The translations under genes and the position numbers were made by a program. This document shows positions 28,819 to 37,419 of a stretch of 64,000 nt of DNA, piece by piece. The notes beneath the pieces are model-generated. The model was not told where the DNA came from, ran no database searches, and saw nothing but the letters and a program-made list of their open reading frames with translations. Every line of letters starts with the position of its first letter. Position 1 is the first letter of the stretch. Origin of the DNA: Candidatus Krumholzibacteriota bacterium (lineage in GTDB: Bacteria > Krumholzibacteriota > Krumholzibacteriia > LZORAL124-64-63); assembly GCA_024277025.1 (NCBI GenBank), contig JAJRWA010000082.1:13169-77168 (forward strand), read 5' to 3'.

Positions 28819-29928
28819 GTGCCGACCACGCCGCCTGGCGCGCTGCGCATCCTGCTGCAACTGCCCAACTGGCTGGGCGACGTGATCATGACGACACCCC
28901 TGTTGGCATTTCTGAGCGACGCCTTGTCCACGGGTGAACCGGCCGGCCAGGCGGAGTTGCATCTGGCGGTGCGGCCGGCCTGGGCCCCCCTGTTTGCCGC
29001 CGATCCGCGCGTGACCTCGGTCTTGCCGGTCGAGCGGCGGGGACGTCACGCCGGGGCGGTCGGGATTTGGCGGCAGGGCCGGGATTGGCGGCGTGGCGGC
29101 TTTGATGCGGTGCTGCTGGGGCCGCCGAGTCTGCGGGCGGGTCTGGTCGCGGCGGTATCCGGGATTTCGTGCCGGGCCGGGCACGCCGGCGATGGCCGCG
29201 ACTGGTTGTTGCGGCCGGCCGTGCCCCGGGGGCCACGCGGCAGCCGCCATTTCGGATACGAGATGCTGGAACTGGGTCTGGCCCTGCTGGCCGAACTGTC
29301 GGTGCCGGCCCCGCCGTTGGCGCAGACCGGATTGCCGCATCCCTCCTTGCCGGGGTGTGACGGGATCCGTCCCGCCACGTCGGCCGGCGGCGGCGAACCC
29401 TTGTTGGTCGTGGCGCCCGGGACGACTTATGGCCAGGCCAAGACCTGGCCGCCGGCCCGGGTCGGGGAGTTCATCGAGATGGCCGGCGCCCGGATGAGGG
29501 CGCGGATTGTCCTGCTCGGCGACCGGCAGACGGCAGACTTCGTGGGCGCCCTGCGCCGGGAGTCGCCGCTGGTGTGGGGGGAATCGCTGGCCGAGCCGAG
29601 CCAGGTCGTGGATCTGACCGGCCGAACGGATCTGACGCAGGTCGTGGCCGTCCTGAAAGCCGCGGCGGCCTTTGTCGGCAACGACAGCGGCCTGATGCAT
29701 CTGGCCGGTGCGCTGGGTGTGCCGACCGTGGGTATTTTCGGCTCTTCAAACCCGGAGTGGACCCATCCGCTGGGGCCACGGACCGCGGCCGTGGTGGCCG
29801 CAGGCTTTGACTGCCGGCCGTGCTACCGCAAGACCTGCAATCAGCCCGAATTCTGCCTTGAGACAATTTCCGCCGGTGCGGTTCTGGACCGGGTGCAGTC
29901 GCTCCTGGGAATCGATGGGGGACACTGA
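28819..29928 (+). CDS. Glycosyltransferase family 9 (ADP-heptose:LPS heptosyltransferase, WaaF/WaaC-like)
   Basis: ILLQLPNWLGDVIMTTPLL ... GAVLLGPPSLRAG ... GNDSGLMHLAGALGVPTVGIFGSSNP. The start codon is uncertain, with in-frame GTGs at 28807 and 28819. Confidence 0.7.
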   Translation: MPTTPPGALRILLQLPNWLGDVIMTTPLLAFLSDALSTGEPAGQAELHLAVRPAWAPLFAADPRVTSVLPVERRGRHAGAVGIWRQGRDWRRGGFDAVLLGPPSLRAGLVAAVSGISCRAGHAGDGRDWLLRPAVPRGPRGSRHFGYEMLELGLALLAELSVPAPPLAQTGLPHPSLPGCDGIRPATSAGGGEPLLVVAPGTTYGQAKTWPPARVGEFIEMAGARMRARIVLLGDRQTADFVGALRRESPLVWGESLAEPSQVVDLTGRTDLTQVVAVLKAAAAFVGNDSGLMHLAGALGVPTVGIFGSSNPEWTHPLGPRTAAVVAAGFDCRPCYRKTCNQPEFCLETISAGAVLDRVQSLLGIDGGH

Positions 29929-30548
29929 TGGCCGTCTGGCTGGCAGGCACGGGGCAGGCGGAGGGACCCGCAGGGCCCGTCCTTTTCCTGGACCGCGACG
30001 GTGTGGTGATCCGGGACTGCGACTATCTGGCCGATCCGGCGGCCGTCGAGATTATCGCCGGGGTGGGGGCGGCAATGGTCCGGGCCCGCGCGGCGGGTTT
30101 TCGGATCGTCGGCGTTTCGAACCAGTCGGGGATCGGCCGCGGCTATTTCACGGAAGATGATTTTGGCGCCGTCATGGCTCGCCTGGCGGCTGACCTCGAC
30201 CGGTTCGGTGCCCGCTTCGACGGCTTCTACTACTGTCCGCACGCCCCTGACGCCGGCTGCGCGTGCCGCAAGCCGCTGGCCGGGTTGTTGACCGAAGCGG
30301 CCGCCGATTTCCGGTGGGACCCCAGTCTGTCCTGGCTGGTCGGTGACAAGATGAGCGATCTGGAACTGGGCCGGGCGGCCGGTCTGGGCCTAGCCCTGGT
30401 GCGCACCGGCTACGGCGTCGCAGCCGAGTCCGCGGTGCGAAAGCGCTGGCCGGCTGACCGGCGTCTGCTGGTGGCGGATGATCTGCCGGCGGCGGTGGAC
30501 GCCATCCTGGCCCGCCCGGAGTTCGCCGCGGACGGGAAGTCGTCATGA
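29928..30548 (+). CDS. gmhB: D-glycero-D-manno-heptose-1,7-bisphosphate 7-phosphatase (HAD family)
   Basis: HAD motif I LFLDRDGVV, a GmhB-type zinc-binding CPHAPDAGCACRKP motif and HAD motif III/IV (LVGDKMSDLELG). It is embedded among GT9 genes with 4-nt start/stop overlaps. Confidence 0.8.
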   Translation: MAVWLAGTGQAEGPAGPVLFLDRDGVVIRDCDYLADPAAVEIIAGVGAAMVRARAAGFRIVGVSNQSGIGRGYFTEDDFGAVMARLAADLDRFGARFDGFYYCPHAPDAGCACRKPLAGLLTEAAADFRWDPSLSWLVGDKMSDLELGRAAGLGLALVRTGYGVAAESAVRKRWPADRRLLVADDLPAAVDAILARPEFAADGKSS

Positions 30549-31690
30549 CCTGGCTGCTGGACAAGCGTCCTCTCCGCCGGATACTGCTGACGCGGCTGCG
30601 GTACCTGGGCGATGTTGTGATGACCACGCCGATGCTGACGGTCTTGCGCGCGGGAGATCCTGAAGTCCAACTGGGGTACTTGTGCGAAGCGGCCCACGGC
30701 GCGGCGTTGCAGGGGCATCCGTGGCTGAAAAATCTGCATCTGCTCGGGGCAGGGCGTACGGGCGCGGACGCGCGGGCGCGAGTGCAGGCGGTCCCGACTG
30801 GTTCGGGCCGGGCCCGGGGCACCTGGGGCCTGATCCGGGAATTGCGGGCAGCCCACTACGACCTGGTGGTCGATCTCTTCTTCAATCCGCGCAGCGCCTG
30901 GCTGCTGCGGCTGAGTGGCATCGGGCAGCGCATCGGCGGCGCGACAAGTCTTCGCCGGCACCTCTATACCCACACGGCACTGGCGGCGGACGGCCGGGCC
31001 CGGGCGCCCCGGCTGGCCCAGGTGGCACCCGGTGGCCTGGGCGATCACCTGGCGCGTCTGGCCCCCTTGACCCACGCCGAGACCGGGCTGGATTTCTTGT
31101 CCTGGCTGGTGGAGAACTTCAGTCCCGGCCAGTTGAAGCCCGAACTGGGCAAGGACGACCAGGCGGGCGGCACGCCATACCTGCTGCTGGCCCCGGGCGC
31201 GACGTGGCCGGCCAAGGAGTGGCCGCGCAGTCATTGGCAGGAACTGGTGGGCCGGCTGGTCGCCGAATCCGGTCTGCCCGTGCGCGTTCTGGTGCCGCCT
31301 GGGCGCGAGGAGACGTGGGGGGCGCTTGGCGCCGGGTATGAGCGCGCCGAGGTGGAGGTGTTGCCCCGGTTGCCACTGGTCGCGGTGAAACGGGTCCTGT
31401 CCGCGGCCCGGACCGTAGTGAGCGTCGATGGCGGCGTGATGCACATGGCGGTGGGGCTGGGTGTGCCGACGGTGGGGCTGTTCGGACCGACGGACCCCGC
31501 CACCTGGTTTCCCTACGAAGAGATGGGACCGTACCGGGTACTGGCCCAGGCGCCGCCGTGCTTTCCCTGCGACCGGCACGAGTGCGATGAGTTCATCTGT
31601 TTGCCTGAACTGCCGGCGGACCGGGTGGCGGCCGTGGTGCTGCAATTGTCCCGCGCGGCTGGTCCGGTGGCCGATCGGCAGGGGGAGTGA
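30545..31690 (+). CDS. Glycosyltransferase family 9 (heptosyltransferase)
   Basis: RRILLTRLRYLGDVVMTTPML ... APGATWPAKEWP ... VDGGVMHMAVGLGVPTVGLFGPTDP. Start and stop overlap the neighbouring genes by 4 nt. Confidence 0.7.
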   Translation: MTWLLDKRPLRRILLTRLRYLGDVVMTTPMLTVLRAGDPEVQLGYLCEAAHGAALQGHPWLKNLHLLGAGRTGADARARVQAVPTGSGRARGTWGLIRELRAAHYDLVVDLFFNPRSAWLLRLSGIGQRIGGATSLRRHLYTHTALAADGRARAPRLAQVAPGGLGDHLARLAPLTHAETGLDFLSWLVENFSPGQLKPELGKDDQAGGTPYLLLAPGATWPAKEWPRSHWQELVGRLVAESGLPVRVLVPPGREETWGALGAGYERAEVEVLPRLPLVAVKRVLSAARTVVSVDGGVMHMAVGLGVPTVGLFGPTDPATWFPYEEMGPYRVLAQAPPCFPCDRHECDEFICLPELPADRVAAVVLQLSRAAGPVADRQGE

Positions 31691-32736
31691 TGGCTGTCCG
31701 CGAGTTTCGGCGCATCCTGTTGATCAGGCGCAAGGCCCTGGGCGATGCCCTGGTGACCATGCCGGCGGTGCTGGAAGTCGCCCGCGCGTGGCCCCGCGCC
31801 CGGATTGATCTGGTGATCGATCGTCCCTTTGCCGGGTTGCTGACGGCCTTGGCGCCCGAAGTGCGGGTGCTGTCCTGGCCGCCGCCGCCGGGCCAGTCCT
31901 GGTGGCGGCAACTGCGGCAGGGACAGTACGATCTGGTGGTGGACTGGCTGGGCAATCCGCGCACGGCATTGTGGACAGCAGCCACCGGCGCGGCTGTCCG
32001 GGTGGGCTACGATCTGCCGCGCCGGCGCTGGGCGTACAACGTGAAAGTGCCGCGCAACCGGACCCGTGGACACGATCTGCGGGGATTTGCCGGCGAAGCT
32101 TTCCTGGACCCTCTGCGTGCCCTGGGGGTTGAGCCGGCGCCCTGGCGTGATGGTTTCGCCGCAACCGCCGTCGCCGCGGCCGTGCGGCCGGAGGTCAGTG
32201 CCTGGCTCGAGGGCTGGCTGCACCGGGCCGGGCCACCGCTGGTGGTCATCATGAGCGCGACCTGGCCCGCCAAGAAGTGGCCGGCTGCCCAGGTGCGGGA
32301 TTTACTGGCCGGGTTGCGGGAGAGGGGAATCAATCCGGCCCTGGTGCCAGGTCCTGGTGATCAGTGGCTGCTGGACGAGTTGGCCGGTACCGGGGAAGAG
32401 ATTCAGGTGGCGCCCCAGACCAACCTGCCCGAGCTGGCGCATATCCTGTCTTTCGCGAAGTTGTTCGTGGGTACCGATTGCGGGCCGCGGCACCTGGCGG
32501 CGGCTCTGGGCGTGCCGACGGTGACGGTTTTCGGGCCGACGGATCCCGCCGGATGGAACCCGCCGACTCCCGATCATGTTGCAGTGGGACATCCGGTCTC
32601 GTGCGCGCCCTGCAACCTGACGGAATGTCCGGTGGCTGGTCACCCCTGTCTGGCCGAACTGGAGAGCGGCACGGTCATTGCAAGTGTGCAGCGGATGCTG
32701 GCGAGACTACGAAAGGGAACACCGCGTGCGCAGTAG
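31687..32736 (+). CDS. Glycosyltransferase family 9 (heptosyltransferase)
   Basis: RRILLIRRKALGDALVTMP ... MSATWPAKKWP ... GTDCGPRHLAAALGVPTVTVFGPTDP. Confidence 0.7.
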   Translation: MMAVREFRRILLIRRKALGDALVTMPAVLEVARAWPRARIDLVIDRPFAGLLTALAPEVRVLSWPPPPGQSWWRQLRQGQYDLVVDWLGNPRTALWTAATGAAVRVGYDLPRRRWAYNVKVPRNRTRGHDLRGFAGEAFLDPLRALGVEPAPWRDGFAATAVAAAVRPEVSAWLEGWLHRAGPPLVVIMSATWPAKKWPAAQVRDLLAGLRERGINPALVPGPGDQWLLDELAGTGEEIQVAPQTNLPELAHILSFAKLFVGTDCGPRHLAAALGVPTVTVFGPTDPAGWNPPTPDHVAVGHPVSCAPCNLTECPVAGHPCLAELESGTVIASVQRMLARLRKGTPRAQ

Positions 32737-33556
32737 ACGGACAGCCGGGGTTTGGCCCGGGCGTGCATTTTTTGCCGCCTGGGGCTTCCTTTGCCTGGGG
32801 CTGGGCCTGGGCACCGAGGGTGCTTCGGCGGGCGAGCTGCCGGCGGGCGTGCAGCCGGCGGCGACCGTCTTCGGGCCTGGTGAAAAAATGCTGTTCTCCA
32901 TCGGCTACGGCCCGGTCACCGCGGGCGAAGCGAGCATCGAGGTGGTCGGCTTGACCACCTATCAGGGGTACACCTGCTACGTACTCGAGAGCAAGGCCAA
33001 CAGCAATCGTTTCTTCTCGTCCTTCTACAAGGTTCGGGACAAGATCACCAGCTACCTCGACGTGGAAAAGCTCTATAGCCGCTACTTTCACAAGCGGTTG
33101 CGTGAAGGCGACTACAAGAAAACGGTCGAGATATCCTTAGATCACGAGGGTGAGGTCGCCAAGTACGCCGACGGACAGCAATACGACATCATGTCGGGGA
33201 TACAGGACGTGCTGTCGGCGTTCTATTTTGTGCGCAATCTGGACCTCGGTTCCGGCGACACCTATTCGCTGCTCGCGCACAGCAGCCGCAAGACCTATGA
33301 TTTGCGGGTGCTCGTGCATGGTCGCGAAACGGTGACGGTGGCGGCGGGCACTTTCGAATGCTTCGTGGTGGAGCCGGTTCTGCAAGGCGAAGGTCTGTTC
33401 AAGCACGAAGGCAAGATCACCATTTATGTGACCGACGACGAGTACCGGGTGCCGGTCCTGATCAAGACCAGGGTGCCGGTGGGATCGATCGACGTCGAAT
33501 TGAAGGAATACCACCCGGGACGCCCCCTGGGGGACCGCCCCGTATTCACCCATTGA
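32726..33556 (+). CDS. DUF3108-family exported protein
   Basis: Signal peptide followed by the characteristic DUF3108 pattern (GEKMLFSIGYGPVTAGEASIEV ... YTCYVLESKANSN ... GTFECFVVEP). Start placed at the in-frame GTG at 32726, overlapping the upstream stop. Confidence 0.55.
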   Translation: MRSRRTAGVWPGRAFFAAWGFLCLGLGLGTEGASAGELPAGVQPAATVFGPGEKMLFSIGYGPVTAGEASIEVVGLTTYQGYTCYVLESKANSNRFFSSFYKVRDKITSYLDVEKLYSRYFHKRLREGDYKKTVEISLDHEGEVAKYADGQQYDIMSGIQDVLSAFYFVRNLDLGSGDTYSLLAHSSRKTYDLRVLVHGRETVTVAAGTFECFVVEPVLQGEGLFKHEGKITIYVTDDEYRVPVLIKTRVPVGSIDVELKEYHPGRPLGDRPVFTH

Positions 33557-33577
33557 TCGCCCGGGAGTAAGCGCGAC

Positions 33578-35176
33578 ATGCCCACCTCCGCCAAGGCTTC
33601 GCTGGTGCCGCACTCGCGGTGGTTGCATTCGGTGCGGACCGCTGAAACCGACTTCAGTCTGCCTTTCCTGTTGAGCATGACCGTCGTTGGCGGTGTGCTG
33701 CGCTTGCTGTCATTGACGGGCCAATCGCTGTGGGTGGATGAGATTCTGACCTGGAACGCCATCCGGCCGGGCGGAGATCTGGGCTTCTGGGAGCAGGTGC
33801 GGGACACCATTCAGGGCCCGCTCTATCTGGCGGTCGTCTGGCCGCTGCTGCATATGCAGGACACGGCCCTGATGCTGCGTTTGCCGGCGGCCGTGGCCGG
33901 TGTGCTCGCCGTGCCTTTGTTTGGCTGGCTGGCCTTTCGCCTGCTGGACGGCCGGGCGGCGCGGCTGGCGCTGCTGCTCTTTGCGGTGAATCCGTTTCAT
34001 GTCTGGTACAGCCAGGAAGGCCGGGGATATGCCTTCGTGGTGCTCTTTGCCCTGGTGACGGCCCTGGTCTATGTGGCGATGGTCAGGCGTGGTCCGAGCC
34101 TGGGACTGGCGCTGGGGTTCTCGGTGGCCGGGGCCGCCATGGTCCTCAGTAATTTGTCCGGCGTTTTCGTGCTGCTGGCCATGGGCTTGACCCTGGTGAC
34201 CCTGCATCGGCCCCAGGGACGCCGCGACTGGGCGCTCTGGTTGCTGGCTTTTGGGCTGGCGAGCGCCCTGGTGGCGCCGTGGCTGTTGCGGGCCGCAGGG
34301 ATCTGGGCTGTGGATCGTATCGTACCGGGTGCGGGGACCGGGGTGGCCTTGCGGGGAACCACGACGTTCTCACCGTTGGCCTTGCCCTACGCCTTCTTCA
34401 CTTATTTTTTCGGGTACAGCCTGGGACCCTCCCTGCGTGAACTGCACCGGCCGGATCGTCTGGCGGTTCTGATGAACTACCTGCCTGTGCTGGCGGCCGG
34501 GGCAGCCTTGGTGGGTACGGCACTGCTGGCGGGAGTGATCCGGCCGGACCGCCGGCGCTTGACCTTGATCACCTGGATTGCGGTGCCGCTGCTGCTGGCG
34601 GTTCTGTTGGCGGTGCGCAACGTCAAGCCGTGGAACGCCCGGTACGCGATCGTGGTCTTGCCGTGGCTGCTGGCTTTGGCCGGCACCGGGCTGGCGCGAC
34701 TGGATCGGCGCTGGGGAGCGTTGGTGGCGGTGGCTCTGATCGGTCTGACCCTGTGGTCATTGTGGGGCTATCAGCAGCGGGACAAGTACGCCAAGGCGGA
34801 TATCAGGGGCGCGGCAGCCTGGATTGCCCAGGCCGGGACCAACGATGATACGATCCTGGTGCCGGTGGTTCGCGGGGTCTACCGCTACTATGACGGCGGC
34901 GCGCATCGTTTGGTCGGCGACCCGGGGGCGGCGCCTTTGCCGAACCCGGCGGCGGCCGAGGGCTATCTGCGGGAGAAACTGGCGGGCCTGGATTCGTGCT
35001 GGGTGGTCCTTGCCCGGGAGTGGTATTTTGATCCGCAGGGGTTGCTCATGCCGGCTCTGGCCGCGAGCGGAGAACTGGAACTGGCGGCTCAGTTGCCGGG
35101 AGTGGACATTCTGCTTTGGCGAGCCCAGGCTGAAGAGGCGCCTGCACCACCCTGGGGGACCCGACATGGCTCGTGA
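33578..35176 (+). CDS. ArnT/PMT-like (GT39/GT83-type) polytopic membrane glycosyltransferase
   Basis: About 10 transmembrane segments and an N-terminal loop motif (SLWVDEILTWNAIRPG ... NPFHVWYSQEGRGYAF) typical of the PMT_2/ArnT superfamily. Confidence 0.6.
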   Translation: MPTSAKASLVPHSRWLHSVRTAETDFSLPFLLSMTVVGGVLRLLSLTGQSLWVDEILTWNAIRPGGDLGFWEQVRDTIQGPLYLAVVWPLLHMQDTALMLRLPAAVAGVLAVPLFGWLAFRLLDGRAARLALLLFAVNPFHVWYSQEGRGYAFVVLFALVTALVYVAMVRRGPSLGLALGFSVAGAAMVLSNLSGVFVLLAMGLTLVTLHRPQGRRDWALWLLAFGLASALVAPWLLRAAGIWAVDRIVPGAGTGVALRGTTTFSPLALPYAFFTYFFGYSLGPSLRELHRPDRLAVLMNYLPVLAAGAALVGTALLAGVIRPDRRRLTLITWIAVPLLLAVLLAVRNVKPWNARYAIVVLPWLLALAGTGLARLDRRWGALVAVALIGLTLWSLWGYQQRDKYAKADIRGAAAWIAQAGTNDDTILVPVVRGVYRYYDGGAHRLVGDPGAAPLPNPAAAEGYLREKLAGLDSCWVVLAREWYFDPQGLLMPALAASGELELAAQLPGVDILLWRAQAEEAPAPPWGTRHGS

Positions 35177-35855
35177 GAACTACTATGGATCAGAGAGTGA
35201 ATTTGCCGCCTTTGTCGCCGGCAGCACCGCGTCCGGCCTGTTGCCCTGCGGACCGGGCTATCGCCTGGTCAAGCGCCTGTTCGACGTGGTGGCTTCGGGT
35301 TGCGGTCTCCTGCTGATCCTGCCCTTGTTCCCGTTCATTGTGCTGTTGATCAAACTGGAAACCCGGGGTCCGATCTTTTTCCGGCAGACCCGCGTGGGTT
35401 TGCGGGGACGGCTGTTCCGCTGCTACAAGTTCCGTTCGATGGCCGTGGATGCCGAGGCACGCAAGGAAGAACTGACGTAACTGAATGAAGCCACCGGCGC
35501 CGCCTTCAAGATCAAGGATGATCCGCGCATTACGGGGGTCGGTCGCTTTCTGCGGCGCAGCAGCCTGGACGAGTTCCCGCAACTGTACAACGTGTTGCGG
35601 GGCGAGATGAGCATCGTCGGACCGCGACCGCAGATTCCCAGTGAGGTGGCCGACTACACGGCGGAGCAGGCCACGCGGCTCCTGGTCAAACCCGGTCTGA
35701 CCTGTTTGTGGCAGGTTTCGGGGCGCAGCCATCTGGAATTCGAAGAGTGGATGCGGCTGGACCAGGACTACGTGCGGCAGGCGGGTCTGATGTTCGACGC
35801 CGGCATCCTGGCCCGTACCCTGCCGGCCGTGATTGAACGGAAGGGCGCCTATTGA
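35166..35855 (+). pseudogene. PglC/WbaP-C-type bacterial sugar (phosphoglycosyl) transferase interrupted by an in-frame TAA at 35478-35480
   Basis: The reading frame is continuous from ATG 35166 to TGA 35855 except for the single TAA. Both flanks are homologous to PF02397: upstream [59 protein letters not shown], and downstream [49 protein letters not shown]. This is either a genuine nonsense mutation or a sequence error. Confidence 0.7.
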
Positions 35856-36235
35856 GTATCGTGGGACTGGGTACGGATATCGTTGCGGTGGGCCGGATGG
35901 CCGACCTGCTGTCCCGGCATGGGGACCGGTTCCTGAATCGCTGCTTTGCGCCGGCGGAGAAGCTCGATCTCTCCGGGCGGCACGCCACGGCCCGGGCCAT
36001 GGCCGTGGCGGGACGCTGGGCGGCCAAGGAAGCCTTCCTCAAAGCGCTGGGTGGTGAAATCAGCCACATCCCCTATCACGAGATCCGGGTCCGCAACGTG
36101 GCTGGCGGCGCTCCCCTGCTGACCGTCACGGGGGTGGCGGCCCAGGGCCTGGCGGCCTGCGGCGGCCACCGGGTGCATCTGTCGCTGAGCCACGAGCGGG
36201 ACTACGCGGTGGCCACGGTCCTGATCGAAGACTGA
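35852..36235 (+). CDS. acpS: Holo-[acyl-carrier-protein] synthase (4'-phosphopantetheinyl transferase)
   Basis: About 125 aa with an AcpS signature (GLGTDIVAVGRM ... FAPAE ... RWAAKEAFLKALGG). Probable TTG start overlapping the upstream stop. Confidence 0.8.
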   Translation: MSIVGLGTDIVAVGRMADLLSRHGDRFLNRCFAPAEKLDLSGRHATARAMAVAGRWAAKEAFLKALGGEISHIPYHEIRVRNVAGGAPLLTVTGVAAQGLAACGGHRVHLSLSHERDYAVATVLIED

Positions 36236-36424
36236 ATCTTCCCCTGCCAAGTCCGGCCACCGGCCCGAAAAAGAGCCCGGGGGCGGTCCAAAGCCCTTGG
36301 CCGCCGGGCCTGCTTGTGCTAAGTTTCCGAATCCGAAAAGGGTTGCGGCTCCGACCGGATGTTTGGTGCCGTTTGGGCCGGTTCGTCGGCGCGTGTTGGT
36401 TTTTCCGAGGGTCGTTCAGCGGAT

Positions 36425-37342
36425 ATGGAATTGGAATTCCTGCTCATTGATGTCTTTACCGATCGACCCTTCGGCGGCAGCCGTCTGTATCTGTTCCCGG
36501 ACGGCGAGCGGGTCCCGACGCGCGCGATGCAGAACCTGGCGATGGAACTGGGTTCGGGTGAGACGGCCTTCATCGTCCCGGACCCGGAGGGGGCGTCCAG
36601 CCGCTCGGGCCTGCGCGTTTTTACACCGGCCGCGGAGATCCCGTTCGGCGGACACTCCGTTCTGGGGGCCACCTTTGCCCTGGATCATCTGGGGCGGCGG
36701 GGTACCGTCACGGGCGAACCGGATGTCCCGTTCACCTGGGAGCTTGAAGCCGGGCGATACCAGGTGACGACCCGCAACGAACCCGACGGCGTCACTTACA
36801 GTCTCCAGCAGGATGACCCCGTGTTCATGGGGCAGTATTTTCACCGCAGCAAGGTGGCGCGGACGCTGGGAATCTCCGAAGACGAGATCGCCATCACCGG
36901 CCTGCCCTGCGAGATCATTTCGACCGGCCTGCCGATTCACATCGTGCCCCTGGGCTCGTTGGAGGCCATGGCCGCGATCAACCTGCGCCGCCGCGACGCC
37001 GACACGATCGCCCGTGACCTGGGCTTCGGCGATCTCTTTGTTTTCACCTGCGAGACCGTTGGTGAAGACGCGACCGTCCACTGCCGGATGTTCGCGCCGC
37101 ATTTCGGGATTCCCGAGGATGCGGCGAGCGGGGCGGCGACCGGGGCCCTGGTGGCCTATCTGGTCAAACACCGGCTGGTCAAGCACGGCTCGTCGGTGCG
37201 CGTGATCAGCGAGCAGGGACTGGAACTGGGGCGTCCCAGCCGGATCGTGGCTGACGCCGAAATCCGGGGCGGCCAGGCCCGCAACATCCAGGTTGGCGGC
37301 CAGTGTGTCATGGTTGGCAGCGGCTGCATCAACATTCCCTGA
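36425..37342 (+). CDS. PhzF-family (phenazine biosynthesis-like) isomerase/epimerase
   Basis: MELEFLLIDVFTDRPFGGSRLYLFPDG...GSGETAFI. The PhzF fold signature runs throughout. Start taken at MELEF, with the upstream track extension rejected. Confidence 0.7.
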   Translation: MELEFLLIDVFTDRPFGGSRLYLFPDGERVPTRAMQNLAMELGSGETAFIVPDPEGASSRSGLRVFTPAAEIPFGGHSVLGATFALDHLGRRGTVTGEPDVPFTWELEAGRYQVTTRNEPDGVTYSLQQDDPVFMGQYFHRSKVARTLGISEDEIAITGLPCEIISTGLPIHIVPLGSLEAMAAINLRRRDADTIARDLGFGDLFVFTCETVGEDATVHCRMFAPHFGIPEDAASGAATGALVAYLVKHRLVKHGSSVRVISEQGLELGRPSRIVADAEIRGGQARNIQVGGQCVMVGSGCINIP

Positions 37343-37419
37343 CGGAAACCAATCACGGCCGGACGAGTCCCGTGGATTCTCCGGTCCCATCGCAAGAACA
37401 GTAACGAGAGGTTGGGTAA

